DNA of 64,000 nt, taken from Rhizodiscina lignyota (Eukaryota). A program made the position numbers and the translations under genes. The notes below the pieces were generated by a model that saw only the letters and a list, made by a program, of their open reading frames with translations, was not told the origin of the DNA and searched no databases. Of the stretch, positions 36,395 to 46,868 are shown in pieces (the stretch's first letter is position 1; the number at the start of each line of letters is the position of its first letter). The stretch is from NCBI GenBank assembly GCA_010015805.1, contig ML978122.1:310001-374000 (forward strand), written 5' to 3'.

Positions 36395-37009
36395 TGCTGA
36401 TTCTTGCTGGGCGAAGATGGCTGCTATGATGCCAGGCTGTGTGGGCTGCGAGTCGTCATGCCCCGGAGCAGAAGATCGCGCCGTGATGTAACCCATATTC
36501 ACAGCATGCCTGAAAAAGAGCAGCAATTGGCCATCGTTGAAAGCAGTCCCGACTCCCGTCTAACATTTGAAGTTTCGGAATCTTCAATCACGTGCAGGCG
36601 AGATGGGCGAGACGGATTATGTCAGCGGTCGCCCCTCGTTGTCGTGGTTACTGGACTGTATGCAAACAATGGCAATTTCCGAAACGAGCTAAAGCATCAG
36701 CCAGACTAAAGAAGGCGCCGCTCGCTCTCGACCAAAAAGTTTCCCACATCTCCGCATCTTCCCACTCGAAGCGACTGGCTTTACCCGCGCCGCATCTCTA
36801 TTATTCTTTGCTATTGCAACGCGCTGGGAATCCAGACAACGTGAGAGTGCAGCAGCTCAAGCTTCTAACACCTCGTCGTCTCCAGCTGCGCCAATCAAAA
36901 CAAGAGCCTGATCGCAACTCCCCTCACGCGACCACATCGACACGTCGCATAGCACAGTATAGCGAAGTGAGAGAACACCAATTCAGTGGGAAAGGACAGT
37001 GGACACACG

Positions 37010-39154
37010 ATGCCATCGTCCCCAGCGCGCGGCGCTGTCGACGTGGCTCCTTCCCTCATGGCCAACTATGGGCAGGTGATCGAGTATATCCAAGGTGTGT
37101 ACCATCGCCATGTTTTCATCTCAAAACAAACTGCCCTATATACTAACCTTCCGATCTTCCAGACCGCCTCTATCTCGCCTCATACACTCATGCTCCGAAC
37201 GCGCAAACTCCCTTCCCCTATCCCACCAGACAACAAACTCGCTCACCGACAAAACGCTCCTCGAAGGCCCAACAAGGTCCAGTATCGTCAAGTGGCCCAA
37301 AGAATACTCCTCCTGTATACTTCTCAGTAGACAAGAACCTGTTGTACAATGCTTTCCATGCAGACTTCGGCCCGCTGCACATCGGCCACCTGTACAGGTT
37401 TGCAGTGCAATTGCATGAGATTCTGGCAGATCCAGCCAATGAGGAGAGAGGAGTGGTTTTCTGGTGCATGGCAGATGCTAGAAGTATGTGTCTTGTTAAG
37501 ACCCTCTGCAGAATCATCTACTTATTTCTCTTCAACAGGCCGAGCGAACGCGGCATGCATATTGGCCTGCTACATGGTTTTGATACAGAGCTGGCCACCT
37601 CACCTTGCTCTTGCGCCAATTGCACAGATGGATCCACCATGCATGCCATTCCGCGATGCAGGATACAGTCAAGCCGACTATGTGCTCAACATCCAGGATG
37701 TTGTTTACGGTGTCTGGAAGGCAAAAGAGGAGGGCCTGTGCGCACTCAAAGACTTCAATCTCGAGGAGTAAGCAGATTCTCACCTTCAACAACGGCATGT
37801 CTAATATTGGTACAGATACGAGAAGTTTGAACGTGTCGACATGGGAGACTTCAACTGGCTTACGCCGAGCTTCCTTGCCTTTGCATCTCCACAGCACGCC
37901 CTTCCTACCGTCGATTCAATACCAGCCTCTTCATCAGACTATGCTAAGCTTCCGAAATCGCTGTCAGAGCTTCAGCGGTCGCAAGGTATTCCGACCCCGT
38001 TCAAGAACGTCCTCAGCCACTTCGTTTCGCGTAATGTCGGTCTCGTCGTCCGTCTAAACAGCGAACTCTACTCGCCATCGTACTTCACCGCTCTGGGCAT
38101 CCAACATCTGGATATGATCTTCGACGATGGTACATGTCCTCCACTGCAACTCGTTCGAAAGTTCATCAACCTAGCACATGAGATGATCCAGGTACACAAG
38201 AAGGGGATTGCCGTACATTGCAAAGCTGGCCTTGGCCGAACAGGTTGTCTCATTGGCGCCTATCTGATCTATCGCCATGCGTTCACGGCGAACGAGTGCA
38301 TCGCATTCATGCGCTTCATGCGACCGGGAATGGTCGTGGGACCACAACAGCATTGGCTGCACCTCAACCAGCACACCTTCCGCGAGTGGTGGCACGAGGA
38401 CGCGATGAAGGACAAGCTGTCCATGATGATGCCTGCCACACCAACCAAGTCATCCTCTCCAAACAAACGCCTTGTTTCCAACAGTCAGACCTACACCCCT
38501 CCCAACGGCAGCCAGAAGCGCCATGCTCTCGGAGAGATCTCGCACAACGACCATTCTCCTCAAGGTCGCAGCACCTCTGCGGCCTTCAATGCAAGCAAGA
38601 ACGACTCATCATATACTGTTCATGAGGACAACCTGCCTGCACCTACGCCAGGCCAGCCGCGCAAGACCTCCAAGATCTACGGAGCAAACAGTTCTGCGGT
38701 CCGCCATCGAGGCTCGGAGAATGTCCCGTTGCCTGATACCGAGATAGTCAGCATGACTCGCCATACACGCGGTGAGAGTGAGAGTGAGGAAGAGTTCCAG
38801 CTGCGCATGCTCGCGCGCCGCTCCTCTCGCTCGCCAGCTGCCCGCTCTCCGGGTGGTAACAAGAGTGATGGAAAGAGGAGGGCTGTCAGCTGCACGACAA
38901 CTACAACAACGACGTTCAGCGAGAGCTGGCTCGATGACAATATGAGCGATGTCGAGAACTGTAAGCCAGAGGACCAGCTGGTCGGCGCGATGAGTCCCAC
39001 ACCGAAGACACCTGGCCGCGAGAAGAGTGGAAAGGGGGAGAGCCTTGGTGTCGGAAAGACGCGGGGAAGTCCGTTAAGGAGAAGCACGGAGAGTAAAGTG
39101 AGAAAGACCAGTGGAAGAGTTGGCAGCGTTGGCAATCCCACTGTCGCGCGGTAG
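37010..39154 (+). CDS. CDC14: Cdc14 dual-specificity protein phosphatase
   Basis: YNAFHADFGPLHIGHLYRF, PFRDAGYS, GDFNWLTP, FDDGTCP, HCKAGLGRTG, RPGMVVGPQQ; three canonical introns. Confidence 0.97.
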
Positions 39155-39749
39155 TCAAGCTGGTCCATATCGATGTCGATGGAGCTTTAAGTGTAAAAAC
39201 ATAAGCGGGCGACCATGGTTAGCATTGCGTACACTCAGCATGGATTGTCTTTTGAGATTTCTTCTTTCTTTTCAGGTTTCGTCTTGTTCATCATGGGATT
39301 CTGGCTGTTCTGATGCGTACTCTTGTCTTTAGTTTCCGTTTAGCATGGCGGTGCGTGTGCCGGTCGCGAGTCGTCATGTGTATTAGCCGTGGGCAGCAAC
39401 ATTAATGAATTTACGATATGTGACATACAAGCGGCACCTATCTCGCATCGCAGTGAATGATGAACTGCCACAACTATGCAACGGCTACTAGCCGCACTAT
39501 CAAGGGGCCGAGACTGACCGTTATGTAAAGGGCCTCACTTCACATTCTGTGAGGGCTCTTCATCACCCATCTCTTTCAAGAGCAGAGCGAGCTGTCACAC
39601 ATTCCTCACAAACTTGACAGCTTACAGGCGTGTCAATTATAGTAAGATTACCTTCGGTTATCACGATGATGGCCTAGACATGGAATTTGGCAAGGGTTTA
39701 AATTAACAATCAAGCCGTCGGCCTGGGTGTCCTATGCTACAGATTATAT

Positions 39750-40463
39750 CTATTCCAGAATCAATTCTCGCCGCCGAACTCCCTCAATTTCACTGGTCTC
39801 TCCATACATGATGCCATGAATATAGCACTCTCCAACAAATCTGTACGTGGAGGCGGAGGCTGGTCTGACCACGAAAGGAACAACCGCCCCCTGGAAAACG
39901 CATATTTTGTCGCCACCCTTAACTTCATTCAAGGCCACTCCAATAAACCCATTCACTGTTGCACAGTATCTTCCGTTTGAAATGCGCTTCATAAAGGCCG
40001 CTGCTGTATACCAGTATTTCCAGCCCAAAGCTCTAACATCCCCATTCTGCTTTAGAAAATCAATCATGTCCTGTACCGAGTCTATATGGACAACAGCCGA
40101 GTTCCAGTCGAAGACGTTGTCCTCTTCGTCCTCTTCGAGCGTTGCTATTTGGAACGGAGCGCTACCGTCTACACATGGTGCCATTGCATTTCCAATCGGT
40201 ACTTTCAGCTTTAGTTCGCCTTTCGTCTCCCCAGTCGGATATTGTCCGATGTCGTCAATGAGCGTGTGAATGCTGTTGATCACAGTAATGATATCATGGT
40301 CGGCAGTAGTTACCTCTCCGATGCTACTAATAGTGTCAACGAGCATTCCGGACAGCTGCAACTTCTTTGCGCTGCTGCGATTTATGTGAGCATCCGAAGT
40401 GTCCGGTGGGCCTGCTGCAAAAATGCCGTTTGGGGTAATCGGAAACAGGCGTACTCTGTTCAC
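39750..40463 (-). pseudogene. C-terminal remnant of a HET-6-like heterokaryon incompatibility protein
   Basis: GFIGVALNEVKGGDKICVFQGAVVPFVVR...YRFVGECYIHGIMYGE is the characteristic tail of HET-6-like proteins. The frame is closed upstream and only ~70 bp separate it from the GH53 stop, so the HET domain is missing. Confidence 0.7.
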
Positions 40464-40529
40464 ACATATTCAGATCAACGAACTCGCGATGTCTCAGGCT
40501 AAATGCTGATGTATTCATGTCGATCAATA

Positions 40530-41714
40530 TCAATGTCTAAACATCTCTACGCTCTTCCTAGATATCCCGACTGGATGCGCTAGATCACTCCAATCCTGGT
40601 CGAACAACAACGAGTCCGGACATGCTCCACCTAAGCTGGTCGAGTTGAGCCAGGCCGGCTCCCAATAAAAAGTACCCTGCCCCAGACCGTTTGGCAAACT
40701 CCTCACAATCTTTGTGATCTCAGCCATCCAATCAAGCTGTCCTTGAACGCCCAGAGGCACCAGTTCCGGCTCCGAGAAGAATGCTGGGAATGTCTCGTTT
40801 TGATATACACCACCGGTGCAGCCTGTGGCCGGGAAGTCCGTCTCGACGACCATGATCGGCTTGTGATATTTCGCGGCGAGAGTATGCAAGGAATGGTACA
40901 GATTGTCAAAGGTAGCAGCAGCGCCATAAAACGGATAGAAGCTGAAGCCAAAGACGTCCCAGTCCTTCGTCGTAACGATGCCCTCAGCCGTGATAGCGCC
41001 AAACCAGCGCTCTTGGAGCGTAAGGTTCCACCCGTTGTCGATGTGGATCATGACCGTGGGCTTCTCCGCGCCTTTGGACACTGCATCAGTCACGCCGCGC
41101 CGCGCGGAGGCGTATATGTGCGCGAGATTCGTGAAGTTTGCGATTACCGAGGAGAACGGCTCCCTGTCTACGTCGGCCTGTGCGTAGGGCCAGAGAGTGC
41201 CGTGACGGATCTCGTTGCCAAGGCTCACAAGGTCGAGCTTGATGCCGGCTTTATGGAAGGCGAGCAATGTGTCGGCGACATACTCACGAATCTTAACCTC
41301 CAGAGCAGCAACGGTAGTGGTGTTTGTCGCAGGGTCTAGCCATGCTACAGGAACCAGTTGATGTTGCGGATCGGCCCAAGTATCACTGAAGTGGAAGTCC
41401 AGGTAGATTTTGTAGCCTTTCTTCACGAGTTGGGAGGCGAACTTGATGTTGTACTCCAAATTGTAGTTGCCATCAGGCGGATTGACCCATATTCGCAGAC
41501 GTACGGTGTTCATGCCTCCAGCTCCAAGAATGTCTTCCGCACATTTGGTGATATTCCCATGCTGGCCGTCTTTGTAGATTGCACCGCCTTCGACAAGAAT
41601 CGGGAGAGATGACAAATCATGGCCTTTATAGAAATATGCTCCTCCTCCATGGTACGAAGGGGGAGAAGCGAGCGCTACAAGAGCAAGAGAGAGGATTTGC
41701 AGAAGCCACAGCAT
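40530..41714 (-). CDS. Secreted arabinogalactan endo-beta-1,4-galactanase (GH53)
   Basis: Signal peptide; KGHDLSS, NTVRLRIWVNP, YLDFHFSDTWADP, GNEI (acid/base), SFYPFY, VVETD (nucleophile), YWEPAW; intronless. Confidence 0.95.
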   Translation of the reverse strand: MLWLLQILSLALVALASPPSYHGGGAYFYKGHDLSSLPILVEGGAIYKDGQHGNITKCAEDILGAGGMNTVRLRIWVNPPDGNYNLEYNIKFASQLVKKGYKIYLDFHFSDTWADPQHQLVPVAWLDPATNTTTVAALEVKIREYVADTLLAFHKAGIKLDLVSLGNEIRHGTLWPYAQADVDREPFSSVIANFTNLAHIYASARRGVTDAVSKGAEKPTVMIHIDNGWNLTLQERWFGAITAEGIVTTKDWDVFGFSFYPFYGAAATFDNLYHSLHTLAAKYHKPIMVVETDFPATGCTGGVYQNETFPAFFSEPELVPLGVQGQLDWMAEITKIVRSLPNGLGQGTFYWEPAWLNSTSLGGACPDSLLFDQDWSDLAHPVGISRKSVEMFRH

Positions 41715-43192
41715 GACTTGGCTGCCAGAGGAGGTATATTGTGGGACGATATATGGAGCTCCACTCGAATCGCGATGAATGTGGAAGAAACAACTTACCT
41801 TATATGCAGGAACTTACCAGCCGGTTTGCAGATCTTACTGACGACATGAATGATCTCGGATCTAATTGTCGAGGAAGTGTCCAAATTGAGGAAGTGGAGT
41901 GCATGGTTGACGGAAAAATAATGAGCGACAGCCAGGAACGAACTTGGCCGAAGTCGCTATTCCAATTTTTGCCAGAAAGGAGTCTTGCGGGGTACGGTAA
42001 GTACCTCCCCGAATGATATGTTAGTGAACTTTCGGATAATTGTTCAACAGTTTGGATTCATCCAAGTGAGCCGAAACTAGAAGAGGGACGAGAGCTCAAG
42101 GATCAAGTTGACCTTGAGGGTTGTCGTAGAACTTAGCAGTGAGCTCCGAGGAACAGTGCTACTCTTAAAAGGGGCAAGGGGGTCTGCACTGGGCGTTCTA
42201 CTACTCTGCAGTTCATTGTTCGCTAAGTTTCGAGTTAATTAAAAGAACGCGGACGTAGGTAAGATTATAACGAAATGGTTTCGATGGATATGTGAAGCTT
42301 GATCTCTTCTCATCAAAGAATGAAGTATCAAGTTTCGAGGCTTGCGTGCTGCGGATATCCTAAATGTCGGCCCCGTCCCCGGCCGAGTGGTGATGCCCAC
42401 TTTGCCTCATTAGGACAATGTACCTGGCGATTGGCGAGATCTGGCAAAGAATAGGCCATGGCTTGCGAGCTTGCGATTTGGCTGACGTGAGTATGTATGC
42501 AACGGCCAAAGGTTGATATTCCCAAGAAAAGGCAAGATGTGACATCGCAACGCGCCCGCATGTGCAGATTTTGACTGAAGAGTCTCAAATTTTCGTCACC
42601 GTGGAAGGATGAGACCCTGAAAATCGGACAAGTTCACGTAATTCGGTACCGAGATTGGTCGGATTACCCTTTATGGCACTAAAACATGACAATAGAGGCA
42701 TCGCTAGGGACTGGGACTGCTATGTATATGTGTAGCAAGACTCGCATCACTGGGCAGCTGTGTGAACAGGCGTGGAACTTTAAATGAACCTCTGCTCGGT
42801 AATATGGATAAAAGGTTCAACTTTTATTTCGGCAATGAAACTAGAACTGGAGCAGCTACATTACATTCGATCCATCCCCTGAAGGAAATTCCCGATTCTC
42901 GAATGGAGTATGAAAGCCGTCTCTCCGTATCTGAGCGTCCCCTTGCTCCCTTCCATCCACTGTCTAGTCCATGATATTTCTAATTCGTCAATGTCTAGTT
43001 TCGGGTTTAAAACCAGATCATGTCTTGGTGGTATCGTCGTAAAGAAAGTACTGACGAGCGCGAAGCAATCGTACAGCAATGTCCCATCCGAAACCAAAGA
43101 ACTCCGTGAAGCTATGCAATACAACATATGAAAGAGCTAGATAAGAGCCCGCGCCGGCCAATAAGAGACAGAAATGGGGCGAGGGCAGAGTT

Positions 43193-44485
43193 CTACTCAA
43201 TGATATCGTCCTCGACGGCGGTAGCAGAGAGCACCTTCTCCTTTAGAAGGCGTCGATACTCGCGCTCCATGCCGTGCTTGACGGCATCAAGAACATTGTC
43301 AACGGTTGCCTTAGGGGCAAACCTTGGAGTAGTGCCAGCCTGGAAGACGCCGGTGCGGACGAGGATGGAATACCATGTGTTCTCAGCATGCTGGTTGAAC
43401 TCATTGGTTCCGCGAATGTCGGACTCTGGAGTGTCGCCGACAAAGTAAACAGTGTCTGGTGGGCAGTTGATGCCGTGCGTATCCTTGCGCCACTGCTGGA
43501 GCAAGCGTGTCGCAAACTCGAAGGTACCAATCTGAGGTTTGCCAAAGGCCGTTGTCTGGAGATCCTTGCCGGTTACAGCCTTGTACATGGCCTCGAGAGA
43601 AACGCGCAACGCACCCATGCCGATTCGGGTCAGGTCATGAGAAGTGCTCCATACCATATCGTTATGAGAGAAGAAAACTGGTGGCCCTTCGTCGAAATTC
43701 TCGGAGCGAGTACCGAGGCGTCCGTTCTTAGACATGAGGAGATCAAGGATGATCTGCTGGTCTGAGGCCCAGTCACGGCTGTCGGCGAAGACGAAGATAG
43801 CCTCAATCTCGACTTCGGCAAAGTTGCGGGCCCTAGAGTTCTTATACTCCTCATCCGTAAGTTTACGGAAGGGAGTCGTGTCTTTATTGTCTTTGATAAT
43901 GTCGCCTGGCGTGACGACATCCTTAAAGCCGTAGCCTTCTGCAACATGGCGGCACTTCTCGCCCTCGCCACCGACGACAAGGACAGTCTTGTAGCGCTCA
44001 GCCATCTCCCTCATAGGAGTGTGGCCGCAGATAAATTGGCCTGGGGAGACCTCCATCTCAAGTTGCTGACTGAGTTGCAGGCAACGTTCTTGCTCCGTTT
44101 TCCCGCCACCGTTTGTAACGAAAATGTATGGGACTTTGATGCCATAGTCGTTCTCGCCGTTGAGCATCTTCATCGCCTCAACGGCTGCTGGAATGACCTT
44201 GCCGCCGCGGATGAGAACGCCGTCGATATCGAAAGCGAAGGCGAACTTATCCGTCACGATAGATTCCGCGACGGACTCCGGGGTCGTCTGCGCGGAACGC
44301 ATCTCGTCGAGCTCATGGCGAGCGATTTCCATGCTCTCGGCGACCTCGTGAGCATCTGACTTTGCCATGAGATGCTTGGGAGGGACGACGACCGTTGGGC
44401 CTTGGGTCAAGTCCCGACGGGACGCCTCCTCCGAGCTCAGCCTGCGCACGACGCCGCGCGAGGGGATTGCGAGTGAAGCCGACAT
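43193..44485 (-). CDS. HAD-superfamily subfamily IIA hydrolase (CECR5/YKR070W-like)
   Basis: FAFDIDGVL motif I, VTNGGG, FGKP, FVGDTPESDIRG, SILVRTGVF; intronless. Confidence 0.92.
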   Translation of the reverse strand: MSASLAIPSRGVVRRLSSEEASRRDLTQGPTVVVPPKHLMAKSDAHEVAESMEIARHELDEMRSAQTTPESVAESIVTDKFAFAFDIDGVLIRGGKVIPAAVEAMKMLNGENDYGIKVPYIFVTNGGGKTEQERCLQLSQQLEMEVSPGQFICGHTPMREMAERYKTVLVVGGEGEKCRHVAEGYGFKDVVTPGDIIKDNKDTTPFRKLTDEEYKNSRARNFAEVEIEAIFVFADSRDWASDQQIILDLLMSKNGRLGTRSENFDEGPPVFFSHNDMVWSTSHDLTRIGMGALRVSLEAMYKAVTGKDLQTTAFGKPQIGTFEFATRLLQQWRKDTHGINCPPDTVYFVGDTPESDIRGTNEFNQHAENTWYSILVRTGVFQAGTTPRFAPKATVDNVLDAVKHGMEREYRRLLKEKVLSATAVEDDIIE

Positions 44486-46500
44486 GATGATGGTGGATGG
44501 ATGCGACGAGAAGATGGAATTGGTTGGGTTGGGTGGTGTGAGGTTTGGAGGAAGAGAGGGAGTAGACGAAGTGCTTGAATATAAAGGACGACTTTGCGCG
44601 CGATCGTCACACTAGAGAATAGAAGAGAGGGTCTTTGGTGGGGATGTGGAACCACTCCGCGACAAGTCAGATATTATAGTGGACAGGACGAATTGCGGTG
44701 AGTAATCTGCTGTTGACGAGTCTTCGCCATTCCAACGGGCGGCAATTTATCATAAATGTCTGGCATTAATTGCATACAGCTCCCAACGCGTCGCAGGTTG
44801 GTTGACGTCGTCAAACAGTAGCAGACTTGGAGATTACCTCTTATCGCAGGATGTGCACAGCACTTACCCTCTTCGTCAGTGGAATACCACGCTACGATGA
44901 GATTTTCAAGGAACATAACATTGCTCCAGTTTTCCAAGATGACAGCAGCGCAGGCGGTGTTGGGTCCACCTATCAGTCGGTCGAGGCAAAGCACAACATC
45001 GGAAGCGTCCGGGGCACGCAGGCTGCCAGCTCGGATAGCGATTTATCCAACATGACGGTGGAGACGGGGTGGTTTGATATCTGGATGCTAGTGGTGGTTG
45101 TTGCAAGGTGTTGAAAACGGTGCTGCAGATTTTGCGCGAAATGACGTCGTGCTGGGGCTTGGGGCTCACTTTATCCCGCGCTGCGAGCGCGGGCGCCTTG
45201 GGCTGGTGAGGTTGATGCCCCTGTCGCTCCGCCAACTTAGGTCAGCAACCACCCGCTTTTCCACCCAGACGACGCGTCCCTGGCGTGCCTTTTCTAGGAA
45301 CAAGAAGGCCTCCGCGCACTCGCCGAGAAGAGCCGTCGAAGCCTCCAGTGTTTCGAGTCAGCCGGCTCCAGTACTGCTCTACGACAGGCGGGCGTGCACA
45401 CGCAAACCGCTCCATTCGGCAACTGCCCGAGGATAATATGTCGCCTCATCAGAGGCTCCTCGCGATCGTCGGGCATCCTGGCGCGACTGCTCCTCCGATT
45501 TGCAGCGTCAGAAGCGATACGGCTTAGTTTGCCGCCCTTGGCACACTGACCGGTTTGGTCGGCTTGCGCCGACTCGACGTCGTGGCTCTTCACATGCTAA
45601 CTCTCAATTCAAGCTCATCAGGCCCTGTCAGGGACCTCATGGCTCCCGCGTCGACCGCACCTCATGCACACATGCAAGCCACTGCACGGCGACTACTTGC
45701 AGCCGCCCTACACTTTCGCAATACGTCAGATAAGAACAGCGTCATCATCAACGTCCTCCAAGCGACAGTCTTTCTGACCTTTTCGACTACTCTCGTGCGA
45801 GCTGAATGCTTTGGAATATCTGGACACGCTGGAGTAGTGGGCTTGGCAATTCGAACCTGCCGTAAGACGGTATCCAAGTACCTTCCACACGGGGTCTTCA
45901 GAGACCCATTTTGCTCGCGTTAAGGTCCCACTTTTCCAAAGCTTGACATCATGGTACATCTTCGCGAAATCTTGCAATGTACTAAGGTACCTCTCCTGCG
46001 TTTGAGTGGACCCTGAAAGGATTTCAAAACACATGTTTGGGTACCGGCGCATACTCCAACTACACTGGTACATTCTCCTGGACGTCCCTTCGTTAGCCTC
46101 AAGCAGGTCATCCGACCCCGTATATGCGGCCCCCGAAGCGGAGGAATGACTGTACTTCCGGACGATGCATCTAGAGAATGCTGCAGCGTGGAGGAATACG
46201 GAGTCTCCAGATAAATGAATAGTTGGGGTAATCATCGTCATTCTGCGTGGCATCGAGCCGGACCGAAGGAGCTGCAAGGTCGGTGAATGTCTTGTCTCTA
46301 TCTTGCCTTGGAATATGATTGACAAGAGTGAAGAAAAATGTTACATACAGGGAAACTAATGTGCTCAGCGCCGCCCAAAGCGATGCAACCCATTGACTTG
46401 AAATTATCCGCACGAACCGAGAGCAGAAAGGACATTGCAACTTGAAAAACTGCGCTTACTACATTGATGAAACAGTTATCCCTGAAAGGGAAGTAAGTAA

Positions 46501-46520
46501 ACGCGTTGTGACGCGTCGCG
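46501..46520. promoter_or_regulatory. Tandem MCB (ACGCGT) boxes upstream of the 46869 gene
   Basis: ACGCGT at 46501 and 46511, the second running into CGCG, ~360 bp before the ATG at 46869. Confidence 0.45.
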
Positions 46521-46868
46521 AGAAGAGTAGTGAGGCGGTGAGTAACTATGAGACTGAATTGCAGTTGATTCTGGGTGAGTCGTTGAAATCGAAAACATTC
46601 ATCGTACGCTTTGATGCTTAAGACTAATGTGAATACCTCTGATGTAAATGAAATCACTGTTGGCGAGGTGCGCAGTACATGCTCATGAAACTCGTAGTTT
46701 GGTGCTGAAGGGAGGGACGAGAGGCAATGTAAAGTTCCATTTTAGATCCATGCATCAATCGTCTCTTGAGACCAACTCCGCAATGTCAGAACCTGGTGGT
46801 AGTCGATTTCGCAAACTACGTATTGTTGTTTGCCTCGCTTTTCTCTATCCGTCATTTCAATTTTCACG

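Noticed and set aside
44600..46400. GC-rich stretch with several short ORFs including 45726-46325 (199 aa)
   Set aside because: No recognisable domain, splice pattern or RNA-gene structure that I can support.
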